Below, piece by piece: positions 36,869 to 46,760 of a stretch of 64,000 nt of DNA; position 1 is the first letter of the stretch, and each line of letters begins with the position of its first letter. Source of the DNA: a virus; IMG/VR virus record IMGVR_UViG_3300025122_000005, positions 32,001 to 96,000 of that record, one strand, 5' to 3'. The position numbers and the translations under genes were made by a program. The notes below the pieces were generated by a model. That model was not told where the DNA came from and made no database searches. It saw only the letters and a list, made by a program, of their open reading frames with translations.

Positions 36869-37696
36869 ATGACCAACTTTAGCAAAATTTGGAAGAGCCA
36901 CTTGCAAGAAGACGGATTTGATTCATCTAAGTTGGTGGTTCATGAAGTTTTAAATTCAAAATTTTGGGAAAAAGGCAAACTCAAACCAGAAGTATCAGAA
37001 AAATTAATGGAAATAGCGCAAGATTTTCATGATTTACTAAAATCTGAGATACCAAGCATACCAGATTTTGACAATGTGACGTTCACTGGGTCTCTAGCTA
37101 GCTATAACTACCACAATTTATCAGATATTGACCTTCATGTGCTTATTGATTTCGGAAATCTTGAAGATGGAGGTGAGATTTTAGAAAAATATTTCACAGC
37201 AAAGCGCATTCAGTGGAACAAAACTCATAAAATCATGATTTTTGACCACGAAGTAGAGATTTACATACAAGATACCAACGAAGAGCACTTTGCTAATGGT
37301 GTTTACTCTATTTTAACACAAGATTGGATCGATATGCCCATAAAAGAGAAGGTAGATATTGACCTTGAAGGCACCAAAAAGAAATATAATGCCATTTCTA
37401 AGGAAATTAAAGAGCTTTCTTCGATGTTTGAGGATAAAAAATTCAAAGAAGTGTATGATTACTCTGTTCAGCTTAAAGATAAGATCAAAAGAATGCGTCA
37501 ATCCGGGTTAGAAGACGAAGGAACCTACTCTAACGAGAATTTGGCGTTTAAAATGTTGCGAATTAATGACGAATTAGGCACCTTGAGCAGTCTTAAGATC
37601 GCGGCCTACGATAATATGAAGTCTTTGGACCAAAAGTCAGTATCGAATATCAATATTGCAGAGAATTGGTGGAGATTTCTTGGCGTTCGTACCTAA
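36869..37696 (+). CDS. Pol-beta-fold nucleotidyltransferase with leader-like N-terminus
   Basis: TGSLASYNY..SDIDLH; start at ATG 36869 after ACTATTTA. Confidence 0.82.
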   Translation: MTNFSKIWKSHLQEDGFDSSKLVVHEVLNSKFWEKGKLKPEVSEKLMEIAQDFHDLLKSEIPSIPDFDNVTFTGSLASYNYHNLSDIDLHVLIDFGNLEDGGEILEKYFTAKRIQWNKTHKIMIFDHEVEIYIQDTNEEHFANGVYSILTQDWIDMPIKEKVDIDLEGTKKKYNAISKEIKELSSMFEDKKFKEVYDYSVQLKDKIKRMRQSGLEDEGTYSNENLAFKMLRINDELGTLSSLKIAAYDNMKSLDQKSVSNINIAENWWRFLGVRT

Positions 37697-37707
37697 TTCT
37701 CTTTGAA

Positions 37708-38052
37708 ATGGAAAAATATAAAGCAAAATTGATCAGAATTGTCGATGGAGACACCATTGACGCTGAAATCGATGTCGGTTTCGACGTTTTTGTCCGAAAA
37801 CGCATACGATTATGGGGAATTAACGCCCCTGAGACGCGCTCCAGAGATAAAGATGAAGTTAAGGCTGGAAAAGACACTTACAGGCGGCTCGCGGCAATTC
37901 TGGCACTCTCAAACGGAGAATTTGAGCTTATTACGCACGGGGACGGCAAATATGGACGGTGTTTGGGCGAAATATTTGTAAAAGAGCACACTGAAAGCGT
38001 TAACCAGGTCCTAATTAATGAAGGGCTAGCCAAAATATACGAGGAAAAGTGA
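37708..38052 (+). CDS. Staphylococcal-nuclease (SNase)-like nuclease
   Basis: IVDGDTI, RIRLWGINAPE, GKYGRCLG, LINEGLA. Confidence 0.9.
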   Translation: MEKYKAKLIRIVDGDTIDAEIDVGFDVFVRKRIRLWGINAPETRSRDKDEVKAGKDTYRRLAAILALSNGEFELITHGDGKYGRCLGEIFVKEHTESVNQVLINEGLAKIYEEK

Positions 38053-38255
38053 AAATGCCTATAAAATCTAGTAAAAATAAAAGTTTAGAAGAGGAAATCG
38101 CAAATTATTTCCAGAATGAGTCTGTGGACTTCGCACAATCAGAAGTAGACGATTACTTAACGCGAAATGAAGACGAAGAAGAGGGAATGTTTGATGACGT
38201 TTCTACAGAAGATCTTTTAGACCCCGACTCTCCAGCTCCTTGGAATAATATTTAA
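38049..38255 (+). CDS. Acidic hypothetical protein
   Basis: GTGA overlap. Confidence 0.6.
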   Translation: MKMPIKSSKNKSLEEEIANYFQNESVDFAQSEVDDYLTRNEDEEEGMFDDVSTEDLLDPDSPAPWNNI

Positions 38256-38316
38256 AATAAGAATAATATTCAACTAGGAAATATGTTATCATTACATGAC
38301 TTTAAAGGAGTTAATA

Positions 38317-39315
38317 ATGATAGCCGATGTCGTCGTAGATCTTCAATACGGAGATTGTGGAAAAGGAAAAGTGTCCCACCATTTATGTAAGACAAATGAT
38401 TACACTCATGTTATACGCTATAACGGAGGATGTAACGCTGGTCACACCATCTACCACAATGGAGAGAAGTTTGTAACACACCACATACCTTGCGGGGTTT
38501 TCTTTGGAATACGATCAGTAATCGGTCCAGGATGTGTTGTGAATGTCAAGCAATTCCTTTCTGAAATAGAAGAATTGAATTCAAAAGGTATCGATACTGA
38601 TGGTTTGATATATATTGCCGCAACTGCACATATTATTACTGATTTTCATGTGGCACAAGATGGCCAGGATGAAATTATTGGTACCACAAAAAGGGGGAAC
38701 GGACCCGCATACAGAGATAAATACTCTCGTAAAGGACTGCGAGCCATTGATATGCCCGAATTATCACCTTATATAATCGACATGTACACTGAGATTCATG
38801 ACAATCTGGACTTTGATGAAGTCAAAATACTGTTTGAAGGAGCACAGGGGTTTGGATTAGACATTGATTGGGGAGATTACCCTTACGTAACTTCTTCTCA
38901 CTGCACAGTTGGTGGAGCAATATTGAATGGTGTCCCTCCGAAGGCAATTCGTGATGTCTGGGGAGTCGCTAAAGTGTACGAAACATATGTGGGTTCGAAA
39001 CTATTTGAAGGTGATGACCCAATATTCGCACAAATAAGAGAAATTGGAGAAGAATACGGTGCTACAACCGGTCGGCCACGACAAATTAACTGGATGGACT
39101 TCGATATGTTAAAAATGGCAATCAATATTAATGGAGTTAACAAGCTAGTTTTAAACAAAATGGATGTTTTGGATAAAGCGAAAAAATGGATGATCTATGA
39201 GGGTCTAAATATGTTTGAATTCACCAAATCTGAGGATATGCAGTACTGGATTAAAGAAATGCTTGAGAACAAAGAGATAGAAGTGGTATTTTCTGGGAAT
39301 AAAGAGCGCATTTAA
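38317..39315 (+). CDS. purA: Adenylosuccinate synthetase (short form)
   Basis: DLQYGDCGKGK, RYNGGCNAGHT, GTTKRGNGPAY, FEGAQG, YPYVTSS, YGATTGRPR; AAGGAG SD before 38317. Confidence 0.93.
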   Translation: MIADVVVDLQYGDCGKGKVSHHLCKTNDYTHVIRYNGGCNAGHTIYHNGEKFVTHHIPCGVFFGIRSVIGPGCVVNVKQFLSEIEELNSKGIDTDGLIYIAATAHIITDFHVAQDGQDEIIGTTKRGNGPAYRDKYSRKGLRAIDMPELSPYIIDMYTEIHDNLDFDEVKILFEGAQGFGLDIDWGDYPYVTSSHCTVGGAILNGVPPKAIRDVWGVAKVYETYVGSKLFEGDDPIFAQIREIGEEYGATTGRPRQINWMDFDMLKMAININGVNKLVLNKMDVLDKAKKWMIYEGLNMFEFTKSEDMQYWIKEMLENKEIEVVFSGNKERI

Positions 39316-39345
39316 CCTAATTATCATATTGGTGTACCTTATCAT

Positions 39346-40851
39346 ATGAAAATTAATATTGACGATATTGAACCGGTTGCGCATGACTTAATGCGACATT
39401 GCCAACAGAAACTGGGGTTTAAGGACCCTCCAGGTCTATTTTTTGCCGAAGATGGCGAAAATGGTGATAAATTACTGGGTAAAACTGCTTATTACGACCC
39501 TTCCAACAAAGATGTTGTTGTTTTCACAACAAACAGGCATGGAAAAGATGTTTTGAGATCAATTGCACACGAACTAGTACATCATATGCAAAACTTAAGA
39601 GGGGACTTTGATACCGGATGTGAAACAACACCCGGATATGCCCAAGCGAATCCAAAACTTCGTAAAATGGAAGCAGAGGCTTATTTACTAGGAAACATGT
39701 TATTTAGAGATTGGGAAGATGGTCGTAAGTCCAAAAAATTACAAGAACAAAAGGAGAAGTTCACAATGAAGAAGAGCACGATAAAAAAGATGATTAAAGA
39801 AGAGATTATGAGGATCCTCAATGAGGATGTTAAGAATCCAATTGAGGAAGAGTGTGATGAGTGCCCGGATATACGGGAAATACAGCGACCCGACCCTAGG
39901 GTTGGCAATAAAGGTCTTAGTGCTCAACCACGAGAAGTCATACCGGCAGATGTCGAGACCGAATCACCGACCGGCATAGACCCGACGCTTGAGCCTGGAT
40001 ACGAGGCTTCGCAGAGGATGGGTCGTGATTGGGAGTTTGAGGCTGCCATCAAGGATATTCTCGCGCGGCGACAGCAGGGACTAGGAGAAAATTTCGGAGA
40101 CCCGCGTCCCGATGAAGAGGGTTTGCCACACCCATTTGAGACCCCAGAGGAATATGAGGAATATTTAAGAGTCGGCAAAGAAATGGAAGCTGAATACGCC
40201 GCCGCCGCTGCCGCCGCTGCCGCCGACGACCCTTCTGGCGGTCAGATGCCCGAATCGAAAGGATACCCAGACCCGAAACATGGACCAACTGAAGAATGGA
40301 AAAAACTAAGCCAGCTAAGAACTGAATTAATACAACAGGGGGCCCCACCCGCGAAGATCGACAAAGTTGAAAAAATGATGAGAGCTATAAACCCTAGAGG
40401 GGTCATGCGGACCCGAGCGTCGATAGGCGGTCCCCTAGGAGGTTTTGATGAAGGAATCGAAGAAGGCTGTGGAGATGATCCCGAAGAACTCGAAGAAGAC
40501 CTTAATGAGGGCGATTTCGATTCTGATGTATCACAGACACTCTTCACCGGCATCAAGAGTAGTCAAGGCGAAGCCGATGCAAAAAGAAGAAAAGAAGAAG
40601 AAGAAGAGGCAGCAAAGGCAGCAGAAGGAGAGGCTATTCGAAGAGCCGTCGGGGGCGGTATCTCTCAAGGCCAGCACGCGCATTCCCAAGCCACCGCCGC
40701 CAAAAAGAAGACCAAATATCGTGGCAGTTCCTACGCGAACGAATCAGCAACAGTTCGAACACCTGAGATAGAAAACGCACTTTATGAATCTCGTTTCACG
40801 AGTCGCGATACAAAATTGTTTAAAAAACTTGTTGGTAAGTGGACAAAATAA
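39346..40851 (+). CDS. N-terminal HExxH metallopeptidase-like domain fused to a low-complexity virion-type region
   Basis: RSIAHELVHH...EAEAY; internal SD plus MKKSTIKKMIKEEI at 39766. Confidence 0.75.
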   Translation: MKINIDDIEPVAHDLMRHCQQKLGFKDPPGLFFAEDGENGDKLLGKTAYYDPSNKDVVVFTTNRHGKDVLRSIAHELVHHMQNLRGDFDTGCETTPGYAQANPKLRKMEAEAYLLGNMLFRDWEDGRKSKKLQEQKEKFTMKKSTIKKMIKEEIMRILNEDVKNPIEEECDECPDIREIQRPDPRVGNKGLSAQPREVIPADVETESPTGIDPTLEPGYEASQRMGRDWEFEAAIKDILARRQQGLGENFGDPRPDEEGLPHPFETPEEYEEYLRVGKEMEAEYAAAAAAAAADDPSGGQMPESKGYPDPKHGPTEEWKKLSQLRTELIQQGAPPAKIDKVEKMMRAINPRGVMRTRASIGGPLGGFDEGIEEGCGDDPEELEEDLNEGDFDSDVSQTLFTGIKSSQGEADAKRRKEEEEEAAKAAEGEAIRRAVGGGISQGQHAHSQATAAKKKTKYRGSSYANESATVRTPEIENALYESRFTSRDTKLFKKLVGKWTK

Positions 40852-40856
40852 ACAAT

Positions 40857-43301
40857 ATGAAAAATAATATCATATCCGAAGGAGGAAGCGGAGGACATAT
40901 GCTTCATCCTTTTAGTTTACCGCAAGTAAAAACTGGTAAAGATTTGATAGAATTTTTTGAAACCGCTGCTGCATTCGTATCAAAAAAGAGTACGAAGATT
41001 AAGGCAAGTGAATCCTCTAGTATTAAATTTGATGGTGTTAACGCAAGTATCAAGCTAATTGATGGTCCCGGCGGGAAAGAGTTTGCTCTTGACAGGGGCA
41101 GTCTTAAACCACTAGATATTGAGGGAGTAACTGCTGAAAAACTGCCTTCTAGATTTGTGGATAAAGAAAAGCTAGAAATTTTAAGAAGTGTTCTTGGCAG
41201 ATACTACCAATCTGGAACAGAACACCATTTTAAGTGCCCCAATTGCCAACACGAAAAGAGAACACTTTCCATTAATTTGGACAAAGGTGCTTTTAAATGT
41301 TGGGTGTGTGACTATTCAGGACTTAAGATAGCAAATCTTATAAAGAGATTTGGTTCTTTTTCTGACCACTCGAAGTGGGTCGAGATGGACGGGAAAGAAG
41401 GTCACGGAATGATCAAGATTGGTAAAATAATGCTTGACATCTTCAATCAAGCACTCCCTAAAATAAAACCAGAACTTGAATCTCTAGGGATGTGGGACGA
41501 TCAAACAAGATTTCTAAATGCAGAATTTGTGTGGGAAAAGACAAATATAGTCAAATATCCCGAAGATTTCATAGCTATTCACGGCGTCAATCAGTATTAC
41601 GAAAAAACACATTATCATACTGGCGAATATCGGCCGGGACTAACAAGACCAGTCGGGGATGATGGAAAACCTGTAAAGGATACTTCTGCAGAAATAGAAT
41701 ATGATGAAAATGCATTAGAAAGTTTAAAAGAAAAAGTTAAACCATTTTCTCAAAAATTTGGATTTAATTTATATACAGTGGTGCCGACTAAAATGCGAGA
41801 AGACATAAAGTCAATTAGTTTCGATAAAGCTTTAGATTTGGAAGTTCCAATTAAGTTTGATGAAAAAGTTGTAGCGAAGTCCTTAAGAGATTGGCTAACT
41901 AACAGTAATATGATCAACCCACGCTCAAGAATCGTATCACTTAGCGATGGAAGAAAAGTTACGGCACTTAGTAGACTAGTTTTCCAAGTGTTAATGGGTG
42001 GTGGGTCTCTAGCAGAGTTATTGATGGATCCTGAAGATGGACAACTTGCAATTAATGGAGCAATTTTCTATTATGCAACACAGGTATTAGGAAGTGTTTT
42101 ATTGGAATCTCTCACTAGTCCATTGGGAGACATAACTGGAACCGAAACAAAACATGAAGGAATAGTGTTGAGGAACAAGAAACTTTTTGGTTCTCGACCG
42201 GTTAAGATCACTGGTGATTTTATAACAGCCTTAGCAGATAGTCCTTTTGCGAAAAAACCAGAACAGGTAGATCCGGCAGAAGAAGAAAGAGAAGAAGAAC
42301 CGATTCAAGAACACGAAGACGACCTTGTAGACCTGCAGACCGACAATCCTGGCATAAGAAGAAAGATAGCAGTGTTTCCTGGTAAATTCAAACCTCCGCA
42401 AAAGGGTCACTTAGAAACTATTCGTTGTATGTTTGATAAAGGCATCAATCATTTATATGTTTTAATATCCCCTCTACCTAAAATGATAGGCGAAAAGAAA
42501 ATAGGAGTATTGGAATCAAAAAGTGTGTGGGAGTTGTACCTTAAGAATTTTGAATTTGGAGATAGAGTGTCTGTAATAGCATCTCCTTTTAATTCTCCCG
42601 TACAAGCTTCTTTTGATGTTATGAACGGAGAAGTGCCAGCATTTATCCCACAACCAGGTGACCTAATCATACCAGTTGCCAGCGACAAGCCAGATCGTAA
42701 ATCGGGTAAGCCAGATTATGAAAAATTTCTAAAATATCACTTGTACCAGCCGAAACTGCCGGGGGTGATTCCTGGAAATATTCTGGATTATCTTATATGT
42801 GCTCTTTCCGACGAGGAGGGACCTATCCACGCCAGTGATTTTCTAAATTCTCTAGAGAACGGAAAAGAAATCCACAGGTTTATCCCAAAGGGTATCAATC
42901 CAGATGATGTGAGGATGAGACTGGGACTTGACCCTGTAGAGAATCAATCATTGCCTGGGTCTCTTCAGCGTATTGGTAACGAATTTAATGAATCGAATCT
43001 TCTCTCTATGGTCGAGAATCTTTTACTCGAAGGAGATTGGCAACCGATAGCCAAGAGAAGATTGGACGCAGCACAAAAACGATTGCTGGATCTAGGCCTT
43101 CAAAATCCTGGCAAACCTTTTATGGATCCTCGACCAATTCGGAAGTCAAATGCTTTTTTTGCGAAAGAGGAAGTAAATAATGACAACCCAGACACTTCTC
43201 CGATTACAGAAGAAGAACTAGAAGAAATATCTCTTGCGGGTGCCGTCGAAGGTGCTCCGGGAAATATTCTGGACCCAGAAGATGAAAGAAAGACTACTTA
43301 A
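40857..43301 (+). CDS. Multidomain protein: N-terminal virion-type domain interrupted by a primase-like Zn finger, plus a HIGH-motif nucleotidyltransferase domain
   Basis: GHMLHPF..KFDG; CPNC...CWVC; AVFPGKFKPPQKGH. Confidence 0.75.
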   Translation: MKNNIISEGGSGGHMLHPFSLPQVKTGKDLIEFFETAAAFVSKKSTKIKASESSSIKFDGVNASIKLIDGPGGKEFALDRGSLKPLDIEGVTAEKLPSRFVDKEKLEILRSVLGRYYQSGTEHHFKCPNCQHEKRTLSINLDKGAFKCWVCDYSGLKIANLIKRFGSFSDHSKWVEMDGKEGHGMIKIGKIMLDIFNQALPKIKPELESLGMWDDQTRFLNAEFVWEKTNIVKYPEDFIAIHGVNQYYEKTHYHTGEYRPGLTRPVGDDGKPVKDTSAEIEYDENALESLKEKVKPFSQKFGFNLYTVVPTKMREDIKSISFDKALDLEVPIKFDEKVVAKSLRDWLTNSNMINPRSRIVSLSDGRKVTALSRLVFQVLMGGGSLAELLMDPEDGQLAINGAIFYYATQVLGSVLLESLTSPLGDITGTETKHEGIVLRNKKLFGSRPVKITGDFITALADSPFAKKPEQVDPAEEEREEEPIQEHEDDLVDLQTDNPGIRRKIAVFPGKFKPPQKGHLETIRCMFDKGINHLYVLISPLPKMIGEKKIGVLESKSVWELYLKNFEFGDRVSVIASPFNSPVQASFDVMNGEVPAFIPQPGDLIIPVASDKPDRKSGKPDYEKFLKYHLYQPKLPGVIPGNILDYLICALSDEEGPIHASDFLNSLENGKEIHRFIPKGINPDDVRMRLGLDPVENQSLPGSLQRIGNEFNESNLLSMVENLLLEGDWQPIAKRRLDAAQKRLLDLGLQNPGKPFMDPRPIRKSNAFFAKEEVNNDNPDTSPITEEELEEISLAGAVEGAPGNILDPEDERKTT
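41163..41393 (+). other. 231-bp in-frame insert encoding a primase-type zinc-binding domain, flanked by AAAGAA repeats
   Basis: AAAGAA at 41163-41168 and 41394-41399; removal gives RFVDKEGHGM. Confidence 0.65.
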
Positions 43302-43317
43302 TACTAGGAGAAGTTTT

Positions 43318-44382
43318 ATGATATCGCATGAAGAATTAGCAGCAGAAATTAACTTAAGAAAATGTATCTCAAGAGCAATCGGCATTGTAGAGAGAAAATT
43401 GATTAAAGAATCAGTTGATGCCTTGAATAAAGAAATCTCACTTCGAAACATAATTCAAGATATGATTTTAGAAGCAGCAACTGCAGACTCTGAAAAGGAT
43501 CCTCATGAAGCCACCGGACTCAATGTACTGGAAGATCTTCTTAAAAAGATTATTCCCATTATAGAGACGGATTTTAAAATGCTCACAACAGATATATCTC
43601 AAAGAGAATCTTTCCGTGCACATATAATACACGCTATACAGAACACGCTTGCTCCCGTAAAAGTAAATGACAAAGCAGATGATCTTCTACAAGAGGGAAT
43701 GAGAGACTTAATAATTTCTTTAATCACCCTCATAGCGTCTACTGGGGTGGCTAGTGCTGCTCCGCAGGGTCCTGCGGGTCCTGCTAATGCTCCTTCTATA
43801 GAAGAAATAATGCCAAAGATAGAACAACAGACCGACGAAGATCTGTTGAATGCGTACCTCAAGGTCAAAACTGCACCCAAACAAGAAAAAGTTTCAGTAC
43901 TGAAGGATTTGGCTGATAAGGTTCCTTTAAGTAGGCTACCCGTGAAAGGCAGAGGACTTGGCGTTAAATTCCATGGTACATTTGAGGAATCTAGTCTAAA
44001 CGAGGACATTGGTGTCGACATCCTTGATAAAGACGAACAAGATAAAAAGATCGATATTAACAACGACGGGAAGGCAGATGTTGAAGAGCCGCCCGATCCA
44101 AAAGAAGAATTTAGTATTGAAGGTCATGACGAGACAGGCCGGAATGCTGCCTACATCACATTCAAAAAGATAGAAAACCAAATCGTTGATGCCTTCGTCT
44201 TCATGGGAAATGAAGAAGACCAAGAAATATTTTATGATTATTTGATTACCAATGTCAAACTTTATTTCGATGAGTTTGAAGACGAGTTAAATAAAAAGCT
44301 AGCTGAACCCACGACTGATACGTATGAGCAGGAAAAAGCAGCAGCTGCAGCGGAAGAACCCGTCGAAGATATAGCTGTTTAA
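43318..44382 (+). CDS. Acidic virion-type protein
   Basis: ACTACTTA motif plus AGGAG SD; repeated xLxE sites; DINNDG motif. Confidence 0.7.
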   Translation: MISHEELAAEINLRKCISRAIGIVERKLIKESVDALNKEISLRNIIQDMILEAATADSEKDPHEATGLNVLEDLLKKIIPIIETDFKMLTTDISQRESFRAHIIHAIQNTLAPVKVNDKADDLLQEGMRDLIISLITLIASTGVASAAPQGPAGPANAPSIEEIMPKIEQQTDEDLLNAYLKVKTAPKQEKVSVLKDLADKVPLSRLPVKGRGLGVKFHGTFEESSLNEDIGVDILDKDEQDKKIDINNDGKADVEEPPDPKEEFSIEGHDETGRNAAYITFKKIENQIVDAFVFMGNEEDQEIFYDYLITNVKLYFDEFEDELNKKLAEPTTDTYEQEKAAAAAEEPVEDIAV

Positions 44383-44435
44383 AAGCCTTTACTTTTCCTC
44401 CAAAATATGATACCCTTAATTCACGAATTCTAGAA

Positions 44436-44795
44436 GTGATGAGAGAGAAGAAATTACCTAAAAGACTAAGAGGCAAGAATTACTATCAAAGTATATCTAA
44501 AAAACTGTCTAATGAGAAGAAAATTAATGCAGAGTTTGAAGTAAGGTTAGCCTCTTTAAAGTTAGAAGAAATTATAGCTTTAAAATTAGAATTATCAGCT
44601 AAAAATGTAAGAGGTAAGTTATACGGATATCCTATTTGGAACACCTCTACCTATATTATAAAAGACTCTCTAATTAAATTTGCACTCTCAGCAACCAACT
44701 CTCATAGAGAAGCGGCCAATATGCTAGGAATAACAATATCAGAACTTAAAAGATTCATTAAGAAATACAAAGTAAATGAATATTTTGATGACTAG
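44436..44795 (+). CDS. Protein with C-terminal Fis-type helix-turn-helix
   Basis: ALSATNSHREAANMLGITISELKRFIKKY. Confidence 0.7.
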   Translation: MMREKKLPKRLRGKNYYQSISKKLSNEKKINAEFEVRLASLKLEEIIALKLELSAKNVRGKLYGYPIWNTSTYIIKDSLIKFALSATNSHREAANMLGITISELKRFIKKYKVNEYFDD

Positions 44796-44821
44796 TTATA
44801 TAGATAAGGAGACTTAACATT

Positions 44822-46261
44822 ATGCCTAGGTTCACAGGACAGAACAAAAAGAGAATAGACCCAAGATATTTCTTAGAAGAAACAACGAATAGGGATTTAT
44901 CCCCGGAAGAAGAAAGAATCAAAGAACTTCTCGCCGCTTATGATGAAGCCCGAGAAGCTGAGTCCAAAGCTTGGCCAAGCATGGCTAATCCAAACGATAT
45001 AAGGCATCTCATGACCATGCAGACTAGATCTAATATCGAGGATCAACTAATTAAACTTCCAGGTGGGAAAGAAGCTTTGAAGGTACATAAAGATAGGAAG
45101 CACGCCAAATCGCAGATGAAAGATGATGATCGATACAAACAGCATGATAGGGATTTATCCCCGGAAGAAGAGTTATCCCCGGAAGAAGAAAGATACAAAA
45201 AACTTCTCGCCGATTATGATGAAGCCCGAGAAGCTGAGTCCGAAGCTTGGCCAAGCATGGCTGATCCAAACGATATAAGGCATCTCATGACCATGCAGAC
45301 TAGATCTAATATCGAGGATCAACTAATTAAACTTCCAGGTGGGAAAGAAGCTTTGAAGGTACATAAAGATAGGAAGCACGCCAAATCGCAGATGAAAGAT
45401 GATGATCGATACAAACAACACGAAGGAAACAAGACTAAGCAGAAATTAGAAGAACGACCGAAACCTAGGCTTAAAGACAAACCTGGGATTAAAGACAAAG
45501 AGCAAGGGAAGAATTCTAGCTTTCGACATTTCCGATGGGAAGAGGAGCGAAATGAGGCATACGAAAAATGGGAAGAGGTAGTTGCATATGCCTATACGGT
45601 AGAATATCTCCACGACCAAGGACGCGTCCACGACGACCTAGCAGAAAAAGCAAAAGAAGAATTAGATCTAATGCAACAAAATCTTATCGATGCATTTGGA
45701 TACCGTTGGGCAGACCTCGCCGCTTGGCGCAAAAAAATTGAAAACGACCGGCACTGGGATATACAGGACGACGAAGGTGCGTATCTCCCAAAAAGGTATG
45801 ATGAATGGCCGGAAGCAAAGCTGGAACCAATAGATCGAGGGTATGATCCTGATCTACAGAAGAGCAGTAGGATAGATTGGGAGAAACAAGGTGGATCGCG
45901 AGGATATCAACATTTAGAAGAAAGAGCCCCAGAACGCATTAGGACGCACCCATCCGGCGAAGAATACAAGTGGACGGGGTCTGAGCGGGACTTACCAGAC
46001 GAGTATATGAGTAGATATGTCACCAGTCCGATGGCTAACCCCTTACCTGGCCATGAAAAAAACATTGAAGACTTTTTGGAAGATTATGAGGATGCGGTAA
46101 AACGCGGCGATGTTGCCAAGGAAAAAGAAATAGAAAAAATACTTTTACGTACGGGACACATTAGTGATAGATATTATGGCGATTTGCAGGCAATAAAACG
46201 AAAAGTAGGAGACGCCCAAGCGCGCCCACAATGGTCAGGCGATCATGACTTGGGAGGATAA
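44822..46261 (+). CDS. RIDPRYFLEE-leader protein with internal tandem duplication
   Basis: ACTAGTTATA motif, AAGGAG SD. Confidence 0.75.
   Translation: MPRFTGQNKKRIDPRYFLEETTNRDLSPEEERIKELLAAYDEAREAESKAWPSMANPNDIRHLMTMQTRSNIEDQLIKLPGGKEALKVHKDRKHAKSQMKDDDRYKQHDRDLSPEEELSPEEERYKKLLADYDEAREAESEAWPSMADPNDIRHLMTMQTRSNIEDQLIKLPGGKEALKVHKDRKHAKSQMKDDDRYKQHEGNKTKQKLEERPKPRLKDKPGIKDKEQGKNSSFRHFRWEEERNEAYEKWEEVVAYAYTVEYLHDQGRVHDDLAEKAKEELDLMQQNLIDAFGYRWADLAAWRKKIENDRHWDIQDDEGAYLPKRYDEWPEAKLEPIDRGYDPDLQKSSRIDWEKQGGSRGYQHLEERAPERIRTHPSGEEYKWTGSERDLPDEYMSRYVTSPMANPLPGHEKNIEDFLEDYEDAVKRGDVAKEKEIEKILLRTGHISDRYYGDLQAIKRKVGDAQARPQWSGDHDLGG
44889..45417 (+). repeat. Diverged in-frame tandem duplication (258-bp period, plus a 15-bp sub-duplication)
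   Basis: Copies start at 44889 and 45147; a few substitutions between them. Confidence 0.92.
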
Positions 46262-46262
46262 T

Positions 46263-46760
46263 ATGAAGCTTATAATGGAAAATTGGCGCAAGCATGTATT
46301 AGAACAATCGTATATGAAGGACACTGGTATACAATATACCGCACTAGTGTTGGACAATCCTGCCGCTTTGGTTTCGAATCTTAAGGAGCAAGGCGTCGAA
46401 ATTCCGGAAGAATGGCTCGGGCTTGATCTGCCGCTAGAAGAAAAGCTTCCTCATCATAAGAAAAACGAGGATCTTCCTCATCATATGACAATTCTTTCTC
46501 CGAGGGATCAAAAAATTCGATATCCGTCAGAACTTTTGAATCAGCCGGGCGGAGCAACCGTAACAGGCTGGGCAATTGATGACAGAGTGTTAGCTGTCAC
46601 TGTCAAGACTGACTTGCCTACAAAACAAGATATTCCTCATATTACGATTGCTCTATCTCCAACTGGGAAGGCATCTGACTCAAATGATCTTTTGGCTTCC
46701 GGGGCCCCAAATAAGTTGAACCAGTTCCCTGTGAGCGGATCTATAAAGGAAATAACATAA
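46263..46760 (+). CDS. MKLIMENW-leader 2H phosphoesterase
   Basis: Two HxT motifs (HHMTI and PHITI) and a downstream SN motif. Confidence 0.78.
   Translation: MKLIMENWRKHVLEQSYMKDTGIQYTALVLDNPAALVSNLKEQGVEIPEEWLGLDLPLEEKLPHHKKNEDLPHHMTILSPRDQKIRYPSELLNQPGGATVTGWAIDDRVLAVTVKTDLPTKQDIPHITIALSPTGKASDSNDLLASGAPNKLNQFPVSGSIKEIT

Noticed and set aside
38317-39315. PurZ / 2-aminoadenine (Z-base) pathway
   Set aside because: The catalytic Asp is retained (GDCGKGK), whereas PurZ has Ser there; no datZ-like partner is recognisable.
40195-40225. GCC repeat (poly-Ala) as a contingency locus
   Set aside because: It is short, interrupted and in-frame, so it is ordinary low complexity.
41163-41393. Intein or group I intron
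   Set aside because: No C/S start, HN/HQ end or homing-endonuclease motifs; it is a Zn-finger coding insert.
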